Source of the DNA: Synergistales bacterium
GTDB taxonomy: Bacteria > Synergistota > Synergistia > Synergistales > JAFGMB01
NCBI GenBank assembly: GCA_963666205.1
Contig: OY762654.1
Span: 2,240,001-2,304,000 of the forward strand
Length of the DNA stretch: 64,000 bases
Reading direction: 5' to 3'
The notes beneath the pieces are model-generated. The model did not search any database. It saw only the letters and a list, made by a program, of their open reading frames with translations, and was not told the origin of the DNA. The position numbers and the translations under genes were made by a program. Below are positions 28,759-37,085 of the stretch, piece by piece; the stretch's first letter is position 1; every line of letters begins with the position of its first letter.

Positions 28759-30339
28759 CTAAGTAGAAGTTTCTTCTATTTCACCTATCATTTCCTCGAA
28801 TCCGAAAATGGTTCCATCAATATTATCGATTGTCATATCAAGAGCCCTTAATCCCTTGAATTCATATCCATCAGGAAGCCTGTTCGCATACCTTTTAACC
28901 TTGAGCAGGGCCTGGAGATAATTTCTTTCCTGGTAAGAGATTATGTCTGTTGCGAAGAGGGCGTCGGGGTGTTCTTCCAGAAAGAAAAGATTGGCCATTT
29001 CAAGATTTTCTTCAACATCCATTTCCTCATACCATATATCTGCAAGGATGGTTCTGAAACGGGCCCTGTCCTCTGCTGACACGAGCTGTCTTACAGCCCT
29101 ATCGATGGTTTTCAGGTTTTCTCTCAATTCACCGCTTATTAAATGAGGATTGAGCATTGGTAGCGAAAAGAGGGAAATATAATGAGCCTCTTCTTCTATA
29201 GAAACTTCTCTTCGAAGAAGTTTTCCGTAGGCTGGTCTAAGGGTGACCGAGGCATCTTCAGGTTCTGATCGTACAAGCTCTCTGAACACCCATCCTGTAT
29301 TGAAGCGCCTGTGTTCGAAAGGTGAATCTATGAGCCAGGTTACGTAGCCTGTATCAAAAAGTCCCTTTCGTCCTGCTCTGCCGGCCATCTGGAGAAATTC
29401 GTTCTTTGATATCGGTTTTTCGTCATGATACATTACAAGCTGGGCAAAAACAGCATACTCAGCAGGCAGGTTTACCCCAAGGGCCAATGCATTTGTCCCT
29501 ACCACCACATCAAGTATCCTTTCCCTGAAGGCAGATTCAACAAGAAGCTTCTCCTTGGGAAGCATTCCGCCATGATATATTCCAATTCCTCTAAGAAGGG
29601 GGGGCATAACTTTGGGTACATCAAGTATTCTGGCAATTTCATAAAGGCGTTTCCTTTTTTCAATTCTGACCCTTTTCCTGTATTTCGAGAGTCTTGTTGC
29701 AAGCTTTGATGCCCCTTTCTGGGAAAACAAAAAAACAAGAGCATCATGTATCCTGTCCAGTTTGAACCCTTTTTTAGTCTGAAAGACAAGTTCAGTAGCT
29801 CTTTCCCGGTTTTCATATACAGTGAAGTCTTCTCCAGTTATTCTTGAAAGATAGTTTCCGACCGAATGAGTTCCACCAAAGGTAGCGGACATAACCAGGA
29901 TCCTGGTTGCAGAGTGGGTATCCTTTATACCGTCAATATATGCCCTTGCCCTGTGGGGGTCTGTAAATATATAGTGAAATTCATCAACAACAAGTTTCTG
30001 ACCAGGCACAGATGCATATTTCAGGGTATATATTTCCTGAGTGCAGCAGAGAAGCGATGCGCCGGTATTCCTCTTGAAATCACCTGTTTCTATTCCCACG
30101 TTAAATCCCATTCTCCTGAGGTCAAGATATCGTTCATTGCTCAGGGCCTTTATTGGGGCAGTGAAGATAATCCGTTCACCGGGTGGTTCAAGTATCTCCC
30201 CTCTGGTGTTAAGGATCCCTGCCCAAAGGTAGGCTACCAGAGTTTTACCTGAACCTGTGGGAGAGGAAAGAACGGCATTTTTCCCCTTTACGTATGAAAA
30301 TGCCTTAAGCTGCCAGTCATAAAAATCGAATACCTTCAT
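28759..30339 (-). CDS. Compact Ski2-like SF2 (DExH) helicase
   Basis: SPTGSGKT, TAPIKALSNER, TGD, DEFH, SAT, YHGGMLP, GVNLPA, QMAGRAGR; SD GAGG before ATG 30339. Confidence 0.9.
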   Translation of the reverse strand: MKVFDFYDWQLKAFSYVKGKNAVLSSPTGSGKTLVAYLWAGILNTRGEILEPPGERIIFTAPIKALSNERYLDLRRMGFNVGIETGDFKRNTGASLLCCTQEIYTLKYASVPGQKLVVDEFHYIFTDPHRARAYIDGIKDTHSATRILVMSATFGGTHSVGNYLSRITGEDFTVYENRERATELVFQTKKGFKLDRIHDALVFLFSQKGASKLATRLSKYRKRVRIEKRKRLYEIARILDVPKVMPPLLRGIGIYHGGMLPKEKLLVESAFRERILDVVVGTNALALGVNLPAEYAVFAQLVMYHDEKPISKNEFLQMAGRAGRKGLFDTGYVTWLIDSPFEHRRFNTGWVFRELVRSEPEDASVTLRPAYGKLLRREVSIEEEAHYISLFSLPMLNPHLISGELRENLKTIDRAVRQLVSAEDRARFRTILADIWYEEMDVEENLEMANLFFLEEHPDALFATDIISYQERNYLQALLKVKRYANRLPDGYEFKGLRALDMTIDNIDGTIFGFEEMIGEIEETST

Positions 30340-30485
30340 TTCCTCTATTTCCCCTCTGACCGGGGACATGTAAATCCCCCCGGCATGGACTGTTTTTATC
30401 AAGTGATGCCGAACTGAATTATTATTCTGATCCTGAAAGTGAGAAGGTAACTATATTCCATAAAAGCAAATTATTCCAGACCTTC

Positions 30486-31265
30486 TCAATTGATGGAGCA
30501 GGCCGTCATCTGAAGTGCCGGGTCCTCCATAGCTGAATAGAGGGGGCCTGCATATTCCATAGGGATTTCAGACCACAGCCGGCTAGATATCCGCGGGGGT
30601 TCCCTATCTTCAAAATGGGCAACAAGGGGGTTATCCCAAAGTCCCTTTTCGAGTATATTGTCAGCAAAAGAATCTCCATACACTATCCTGCCGATATTGA
30701 TGGCCGCATTTATGTCCCTGTCGATGATCTGGCCGGAGCTGCTAAGGTAGGATTTCCCCCTTAGATGTCCCGTGCGGGATTTTCTTCTCCATCTCTTGGT
30801 GCCGGAGTATTCTATCTCTTCCAGTGCAAGGGAGTCTATCTGACTGGTAAAAGCCTCGTCCACAAGATGAACTTCTATCCTTGCAAGGGAACATTCAAAG
30901 CGAAGGGTGTTTACAAGGTGGAGGGTAATGTTAAGGTATGGGTTATCTCTCAGGGATTTATACCTTATCTTGTAGGGGTTCTTTACAGAGCGATTCCCCA
31001 GGGCTATGGACCGGATCCCGAGGCGGAGACATTCACCTATGACATAGTGACATCTTTTTAGAAGATATGTATTTATTTCCAGGAGTTCTCCATGAATTAG
31101 ATAAGGATTTTTCTTAGCCATTGCCCGGATCTTTTTCATTTTGCCTTTTTCCAGGGTATTGGGTATCAGTATTGGTTGCTGTCCTGAAAGATTTGACACT
31201 ATTGCCAGAAGATATCTTTCACCCATATCAATGGCCATTGCATTACACTGGTTTGTTTTCTGCAT
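30486..31265 (-). CDS. RuvC-only TnpB-derived protein (IS200/IS605 OrfB-like), 259 aa
   Basis: AIDMG (RuvC-I) at residue ~11, IALGN, VDEAFTSQID, YLSSSG.IIDRDINAAINI (RuvC-III); SD AAGGGGAGGG 7 nt before ATG 31265; no frameshift or stop. Confidence 0.78.
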   Translation of the reverse strand: MQKTNQCNAMAIDMGERYLLAIVSNLSGQQPILIPNTLEKGKMKKIRAMAKKNPYLIHGELLEINTYLLKRCHYVIGECLRLGIRSIALGNRSVKNPYKIRYKSLRDNPYLNITLHLVNTLRFECSLARIEVHLVDEAFTSQIDSLALEEIEYSGTKRWRRKSRTGHLRGKSYLSSSGQIIDRDINAAINIGRIVYGDSFADNILEKGLWDNPLVAHFEDREPPRISSRLWSEIPMEYAGPLYSAMEDPALQMTACSIN

Positions 31266-31314
31266 TGATAATCCCTCCCCTTGATCCGTAATAAACAGTG
31301 CCTTGTGAAAGTCG

Positions 31315-31361
31315 CAAATCAAAAGAGGGCGACAATCTCTAAACAGACTGCCGCCCTCTTT
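31315..31361 (-). terminator. Strong minus-strand intrinsic terminator
   Basis: AAAGAGGGCGGCAGTCT-gtttag-AGATTGTCGCCCTCTTT then TGATTT; fully paired, with G-U pairs, only on the minus strand. Confidence 0.8.
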
Positions 31362-31485
31362 AAAAAACCTGGTTATTGTGTGTAAAGTGTTCCTTCCCGG
31401 ATATTATTTCATTTTTCATGATCATTTACACTATCCACTCCTTTCTGGTTGTGAAGTGGAATGATACAAGCTCATTGTTGAACTT
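31315..31485 (-). ncRNA. Candidate ~170-nt structured RNA or leader (contains a 21-codon ORF at 31360-31425)
   Basis: Bounded by a promoter and a terminator; stems TCCACTTC/GGAGTGGA and GTGTAAA/TTTACAC. Confidence 0.5.
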
Positions 31486-31491
31486 ACTCTA

Positions 31492-31520
31492 AATATAGTG
31501 TTAAAAAAGGAAAGAGTCAA
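31492..31520 (-). promoter_or_regulatory. Sigma70 promoter
   Basis: TTGACT-17 nt-TATATT on the minus strand. Confidence 0.7.
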
Positions 31521-31870
31521 GGATGAACACACTAACTGTAACCTATTTGTTACTGATGGATTCACTGATATTGATGATATATATGGAAATAATAGATACT
31601 TATAGGGATAGTATAAATATGCTGGATTAGAATGTAAGACAGGTATGTGGAGAATCAGAAATGGAGATGAGAGTGGTGGATGCTCTTGATTCAACCCCCT
31701 GGTATAGTCATGTCCATGGGTATGTTTCTCGCTGCAACATCCGGTGTTTTTGTTACCATATCTGTAAGCCGGATGTTCTGCGTGAGAAAATTTATATGAT
31801 TGGATTTATTATTCCAGTAAAATGACCATATGAAATCCGGATCGTAATTTTCTGAGAAGAAGGTGCTTGA

Positions 31871-33088
31871 ATGAAATTATTAGAAACGATCAGGCAGGAA
31901 GCTGAATCTCTTCAGGATCAACTTATATCCTGGAGAAGGGATCTGCATCAGATACCCGAAGTTGAAATGGGAACTGTCAATACAGAGGATTATATTTGCA
32001 GTAAACTTGATGAAATGGGTATACCGTACAGAAAAAACGTTGGAGAACATGGCGTGGTAGCCCTTCTTGAGGGTGCCCGACCGGGGAAGGTTTTTGCATT
32101 CCGTGCAGATTGTGATGGATTGCCCATCAGGGAAGAAACGGATCTTCCCTATGCTTCTAAAAACGGTTGTATGCATGCCTGCGGGCATGATGTCCATACG
32201 GCAATGGCTCTGGGCATGGCGAAAATCCTTTCTTCACACAAGGAAGATCTATGTGGGGCTGTCAAGTTCATTTTTCAGCCTGGAGAAGAAGGATGCAAGG
32301 AAGGCCCGGGAGGAGCCAAACGGATGCTGGATGATGGAGTCCTTGAGGATCCTTCTGTCGATGCCATACTTGCGTTACATACAGGTTCAATATGGAAAGA
32401 AAGTTTCCAGCCTGGTGATATAGGTTTTCATTATGGGGGTATCATGGCCTGTATGGACAGGTTCGAGATCCTTGTAAGGGGTAGGGGGAGCCATGGTGCT
32501 TACCCGCATGGTTCAGTCGATCCCATAAGTATAGCCACGCAGATAATTTCTGAACTTCAGACCATAGTCAGCAGGGAGATAAATCCTGTAGAACCTGCAG
32601 TCGTCAGTATTGGAGAGATACATGCAGGGACCGCTTTCAACATAATTCCTGAAGAGTGCAGGATCTCCGGAACTGTCAGGGCCCTTAATCAGGGAACAAG
32701 GGAGTTCATCGCCAGGAGGATTGAGGAGATCTCAAATTCAGTTGCAGAGGGTATGAGAGGAAAAATCCAGTTCAAGTATGGCTGGGAAGGGCCTCCGCCT
32801 GTGGTGAATGATGCGGATTTCACAGAGGAATTCAGACAGGTGGCTTCCCGAGTTCTGGGGGAGGATAGAGTGAAGGAAATAAAACATCCATCCATGGGCG
32901 GTGAAGATATAGCCTTTTTCCTTGAGAAAGTTCCTGGAACTTTTGCATTTCACCCCAGCTGCAATAAGGAAAAAGGACAGATATATCCGCATCACAATCC
33001 CAGGTTCATGATAGATGAGGATGTGCTCTGGGTGGGTACTGCCGTTTCTGCTGCAATGGCAGTCGAATGGCTCAAAAAACACTCATAA
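31871..33088 (+). CDS. M20D family amidohydrolase
   Basis: RRDLHQIPE, RADCD.LP, MHACGHD.H, FQPGEE, GEDIAF, HHNP.F. Confidence 0.93.
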   Translation: MKLLETIRQEAESLQDQLISWRRDLHQIPEVEMGTVNTEDYICSKLDEMGIPYRKNVGEHGVVALLEGARPGKVFAFRADCDGLPIREETDLPYASKNGCMHACGHDVHTAMALGMAKILSSHKEDLCGAVKFIFQPGEEGCKEGPGGAKRMLDDGVLEDPSVDAILALHTGSIWKESFQPGDIGFHYGGIMACMDRFEILVRGRGSHGAYPHGSVDPISIATQIISELQTIVSREINPVEPAVVSIGEIHAGTAFNIIPEECRISGTVRALNQGTREFIARRIEEISNSVAEGMRGKIQFKYGWEGPPPVVNDADFTEEFRQVASRVLGEDRVKEIKHPSMGGEDIAFFLEKVPGTFAFHPSCNKEKGQIYPHHNPRFMIDEDVLWVGTAVSAAMAVEWLKKHS

Positions 33089-33109
33089 TATCCCCTGGGA
33101 GGAGGTCCA

Positions 33110-34291
33110 GTGATAATGAAAAACGAAGCAAAGGAAATACTGGATCAGGTAATCGAATGGAGAAGACACTTCCATAAGAATCCTGAGATCGGCCTTGAAA
33201 CTGTAAAGACTGAAGCCTATATCGTGGATGAATTGAAAAAGATGAATATAGATGATATAAGGCAGGGAATAGGGGGACATGGGGTAAGAGCGGTTATTTC
33301 TGGGGGGCTCCCCGGAAAGAATCTTGCCCTCAGGGCTGACTGTGATGCACTTCCAATAAGAGAGGAGACCGGCCTGTCTTTTGCCTCTAATAACGGTAAT
33401 ATGCATGCATGCGGACATGATGCCCACTCTGCAATGTTACTGGGAACTGCCAGGCTTTTGAGCAGTCGAAAAGATCAATTAAAGGGAAAGGTTATCCTGA
33501 TCTTTCAGCCTGCAGAAGAACAGGTTATTGGAGCAAAGGCCATGATAGATGACGGCCTTCTTGAAGGCCTTGAAATAGATGAGATAATTGGTGTCCATAC
33601 GGGATTATTGTGGAAGGAATTTCAGCCAGGTGAGCTCGGGATAAAATACGGAAGCATGATGGCTTCCCTGGACAGATTCAAAATTACCCTGAAGGGCAAA
33701 GGTGGTCATGGTGCCATACCACACATGACAGTGGATCCCATAAGTATGGCAGGGCAACTTATTGTGAAGCTGCAAACCATAGTCAGCAGGGAAAAAGATC
33801 CTTTAAAAGGTGCTGTTATGTCCATAGGCAGTATCCAGGGAGGAACTGCATTCAACATCATTCCGGGAGAATGTATTCTTGAAGGTACCGTAAGAACCCT
33901 TGATCCCGAAACAAGGATTCTTATGGAAGAGCGAATAACTGAAATTTCGAAAGCCACTGCGTCCAGTATGAGGGGTGAGGTTGATATAGAATATATCCCT
34001 GGTCCGCCTCCTCTGATCAATGATACACAGGTACTGCAAAGAGTGCAGACCGTGGCAGAGAATATTCTCGGGAAAGAGAAAGTCAGGGAAATACAGGAAC
34101 CTTCATTAGGCAGTGAAGATTTTGCGTATTTCCTCGAAAAAGTGCCAGGGGCATTTATTTTCCATTCCGGATGCAATGCTGCAAAAGGACAGACCTATCC
34201 TCATCACAACTCAAGATTTGATATTGATGAGGAAACCCTATGGGTCGGACCAGCCCTTTTTGCGGGATATGCTCTTACCTGGCAAGAATAG
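33110..34291 (+). CDS. M20D family amidohydrolase (tandem paralogue)
   Basis: RRHFHKNPE, MHACGHDAH, FQPAEE, SEDFAY, HHNSRF. Confidence 0.93.
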   Translation: MIMKNEAKEILDQVIEWRRHFHKNPEIGLETVKTEAYIVDELKKMNIDDIRQGIGGHGVRAVISGGLPGKNLALRADCDALPIREETGLSFASNNGNMHACGHDAHSAMLLGTARLLSSRKDQLKGKVILIFQPAEEQVIGAKAMIDDGLLEGLEIDEIIGVHTGLLWKEFQPGELGIKYGSMMASLDRFKITLKGKGGHGAIPHMTVDPISMAGQLIVKLQTIVSREKDPLKGAVMSIGSIQGGTAFNIIPGECILEGTVRTLDPETRILMEERITEISKATASSMRGEVDIEYIPGPPPLINDTQVLQRVQTVAENILGKEKVREIQEPSLGSEDFAYFLEKVPGAFIFHSGCNAAKGQTYPHHNSRFDIDEETLWVGPALFAGYALTWQE

Positions 34292-34321
34292 TAATCTGAG
34301 ATCCATTTAGCTTTTCCCCTT

Positions 34322-34350
34322 TAGGCCTCCGTCCCTGGACGGGGGCTTTT
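34322..34350 (+). terminator. Intrinsic terminator
   Basis: AGGCCTCCGTCC / GGACGGGGGCTT followed by T residues. Confidence 0.7.
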
Positions 34351-34480
34351 CATTATATCTCTAATGTACACTTATTCTAATATATAATTATCCAGATGAT
34401 ACAATGAAGTTTCACATGAATAATATTGCGGTTAACAGAAAGAGCCTTCCGATCAATATTGGCGAAAGGGGAGTGTCATT

Positions 34481-36205
34481 ATGAGGAATAGTGAAATTGC
34501 CATTATCTTTGAAAAGATCGCGACCCTTCTTGAGATAAAAGGGGAGAACAGGTTCAAGATAATTGCCTATCGAAGGGCTGCGGAGAATATATCTTCACTG
34601 GGTAAGGATCTTACAATTATTACAGAAGAAGGAACTCTAAAGGATATCCCGGGGATCGGGAAAGCCATAGGAGAAAAGATCAAAGAATTGATCGTTACAG
34701 GAAAACTCGAATTTTATGAAGAACTGATATCCGAGGTTCCAGAGTCTCTTCTTGTCTTGACAGAGATTCCGGAACTAGGTCCCAGAAGAGTCAGGATTTT
34801 ATGGGAAAAGCTTGGCATATCGGATCTGGATGCTCTTGAAGGAGCGGCCAGAAATAAAAATCTCCAGACACTTGATGGGTTTGGCCCAAAGATCGAGTCA
34901 AATATTCTGTCAGGCATTCAGAAATTCAGGAAACATCCATTTCAGGGGAGAATTTCTCTTGGCAGGGCGTGGAGTACCGCTTCAGCCATAATAGACAAAA
35001 TGAAAGATAAATCATGGCTGGTTAAGATATCACCTGCAGGTTCCATTAGAAGGATGAAGGATACCGTAGGAGATATTGATATCCTTGCGGCATCCAGAGA
35101 GGCTGAAAGGGTGATGGATCTTTTTGTTGGTATGAAAGAAGTGAATGAGGTTATCCTGAGAGGAAAAACAAAAACGAGCATAAGGACAGGATCTGGTCTT
35201 CAGGTGGACCTGAGAGTAATAGTCCCCGAATCATGGGGAACGGCGTTACAGTATTTTACAGGAAACCAGGAACATAATGTCCAGATTAGAGAACTTGCCC
35301 TGGACAGAGGTTACAGCCTCAGCGAATATTGTCTCAGGTCCATTTCTGAGGATAAGGAAATATTTTTTGAAAATGAAAGAAGTCTGTATGAATTTCTTGG
35401 GTTGTCCTATATTCCTCCTGAACTCAGACAGGGCAAAGGTGAGATAAATCTAGCCCGAAATGGAGAGCTTCCTGAACTTATAGAGCTCAATGACATCAGG
35501 GGAGATCTTCAGTTCCATACTGACTGGAGTGACGGAAAGGCTTCTCTGGAAGAAATGACCAAAGCGGCGATTCAGAGAGGTCTTGAGTATATTCTAGTCA
35601 CAGATCATTCTCATGGATTGGGAATAACTGGAGGAGTTACCTCTGATGATCTTGTGAAACAGGGCAGGGAAATAGATCTTTTGAATAAGAAATATGAGGG
35701 TAAAATGAGAGTTCTCAAGGGAGTAGAGGTAGAAGTCAAGGCCGATGGAAGTCTTGATCTGAGCGATCAGGCCCTGAGATCCCTTGATCTGGTTGTGGCA
35801 GCGGTCCATTCCTCCCTTCGGCAGGAAAGAGATAGAATAACAGAAAGATATATAAGAGCAATCGAGAATCCTTATGTACACATCCTTGCCCATCCCACTG
35901 GAAGACTTATCGGAGAGCGGGATGGCACAGATGCTGATTGGGAGAGGATCTTTAAGGCGGCGGCTTCGACAGGTACCCTTCTTGAGATCAATGCCACCCC
36001 CCAAAGGCTTGATCTTCCTGATAATCTCGTAAGAAGAGCCAGAGAACTGGGATGCAGGTTTGTTATAAGTACTGATGCTCATATTATGGAACATTTCGAT
36101 TTTCTGTTTTTTGGAGTTGGTGTTGCCAGGAGAGCGGGGCTTACTGCTGCAGACATAATTAATACATGGCCTTGGGAAAGATTGGTTAACTGGAAGAAAG
36201 GCTAG
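34481..36205 (+). CDS. polX: DNA polymerase X with PHP domain
   Basis: GENRFKI.AYRRAA, HhH IPGIG, AGS.RR...GDID, YFTG..EHN, PHP QFHTDWSDG, TDHS, HPTGR, STDAH. Confidence 0.95.
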   Translation: MRNSEIAIIFEKIATLLEIKGENRFKIIAYRRAAENISSLGKDLTIITEEGTLKDIPGIGKAIGEKIKELIVTGKLEFYEELISEVPESLLVLTEIPELGPRRVRILWEKLGISDLDALEGAARNKNLQTLDGFGPKIESNILSGIQKFRKHPFQGRISLGRAWSTASAIIDKMKDKSWLVKISPAGSIRRMKDTVGDIDILAASREAERVMDLFVGMKEVNEVILRGKTKTSIRTGSGLQVDLRVIVPESWGTALQYFTGNQEHNVQIRELALDRGYSLSEYCLRSISEDKEIFFENERSLYEFLGLSYIPPELRQGKGEINLARNGELPELIELNDIRGDLQFHTDWSDGKASLEEMTKAAIQRGLEYILVTDHSHGLGITGGVTSDDLVKQGREIDLLNKKYEGKMRVLKGVEVEVKADGSLDLSDQALRSLDLVVAAVHSSLRQERDRITERYIRAIENPYVHILAHPTGRLIGERDGTDADWERIFKAAASTGTLLEINATPQRLDLPDNLVRRARELGCRFVISTDAHIMEHFDFLFFGVGVARRAGLTAADIINTWPWERLVNWKKG

Positions 36206-36336
36206 TCAATCTTGGGCATACCCCTAATAGGTATTTATACTTAGCCATAATATGGTGTTTTTTACGATGTCATTTCCTCCTTTTCTTCGTAAACTATCGT
36301 TGCAAGATAAAGATATATCCCAAGGAGGAATAAGAA

Positions 36337-36930
36337 ATGAACTTTAAAAAAATTACAGTGTTTGCTCTTACAGGTGTACTTATGACTTCAGTTCCGGTTT
36401 TTGCCCACCAGGGATCTGAAACAGGCAATTCCCGAAAATATGTGTCAGAACAGCAGAGAACTGTATGTTCATCCCTGAATAAAACAGAAACATCAGGTTA
36501 CAGGAATATGAACACAAGCAGGTTGGACCATGGAAATGATGGAAAAAGGAATGGGAAAGAACTTGTAAAAGGTGCAGATCTTCACAATTACGGCAAAGCT
36601 GAAAGGCTCAGAAACAATATGAAAATCAGTGGACAGAATAGTGACGGGAATAAAGGGTCCAATGGTTTAAGGAAAACCCTTAATGATCAGATTGACTCTG
36701 GAAGAGGAAAGAACAGGATGGAGAGAAGAAATGAGAATTCGGGTCATGATATAGCAGAGAAGGGCCATGTCGGACATTACGGGCAGAAGGGTGAAAATTC
36801 CAATAAGAGAATGAACTCTGGCAACGGAGAAGGTCGGAGAATGAAGGATGGTAATAGAGAAGGCCTGAGGGATGGTTCAGGTTCAGGAACAGGCAACAAA
36901 GATGGATTTCATCGCAACAGACTGCAGTAG
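36337..36930 (+). CDS. Secreted low-complexity (G/N/R/K-rich) hypothetical protein
   Basis: SD AAGGAGG; signal peptide ending VFA; hydrophilic, ends ...GLRDGSGSGTG... Confidence 0.7.
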   Translation: MNFKKITVFALTGVLMTSVPVFAHQGSETGNSRKYVSEQQRTVCSSLNKTETSGYRNMNTSRLDHGNDGKRNGKELVKGADLHNYGKAERLRNNMKISGQNSDGNKGSNGLRKTLNDQIDSGRGKNRMERRNENSGHDIAEKGHVGHYGQKGENSNKRMNSGNGEGRRMKDGNREGLRDGSGSGTGNKDGFHRNRLQ

Positions 36931-37085
36931 ATAAGCTGAAAAAATGATGAATGTCAAGAGATAGATCAAGGGTTCCAGTCAGGAGATTGGAACCCTTTTT
37001 TCTGATTCTGGATCGGGGTTGTTCTGCTGTTGCTTGTATGTTACTCTTCCGTGAAGATCTTTTTGATAAGGAAGGTGTCACTCTA

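Noticed and set aside
30400-31500. Intact IS200/IS605 or IS607 element, or a Cas12f-CRISPR locus
   Set aside because: No Y1 or serine transposase, no left end, and no repeat-spacer array or cas genes seen.
21903-34291. Tandem USP and tandem M20 amidohydrolase pairs as novel systems
   Set aside because: Ordinary diverged paralogue duplications, common in amino-acid fermenters.
35500-35535. PolX PHP motif QxH instead of HxH as a sign of inactivation
   Set aside because: QxH is a known natural variant in bacterial PolX PHP domains, and the other ligands are intact.
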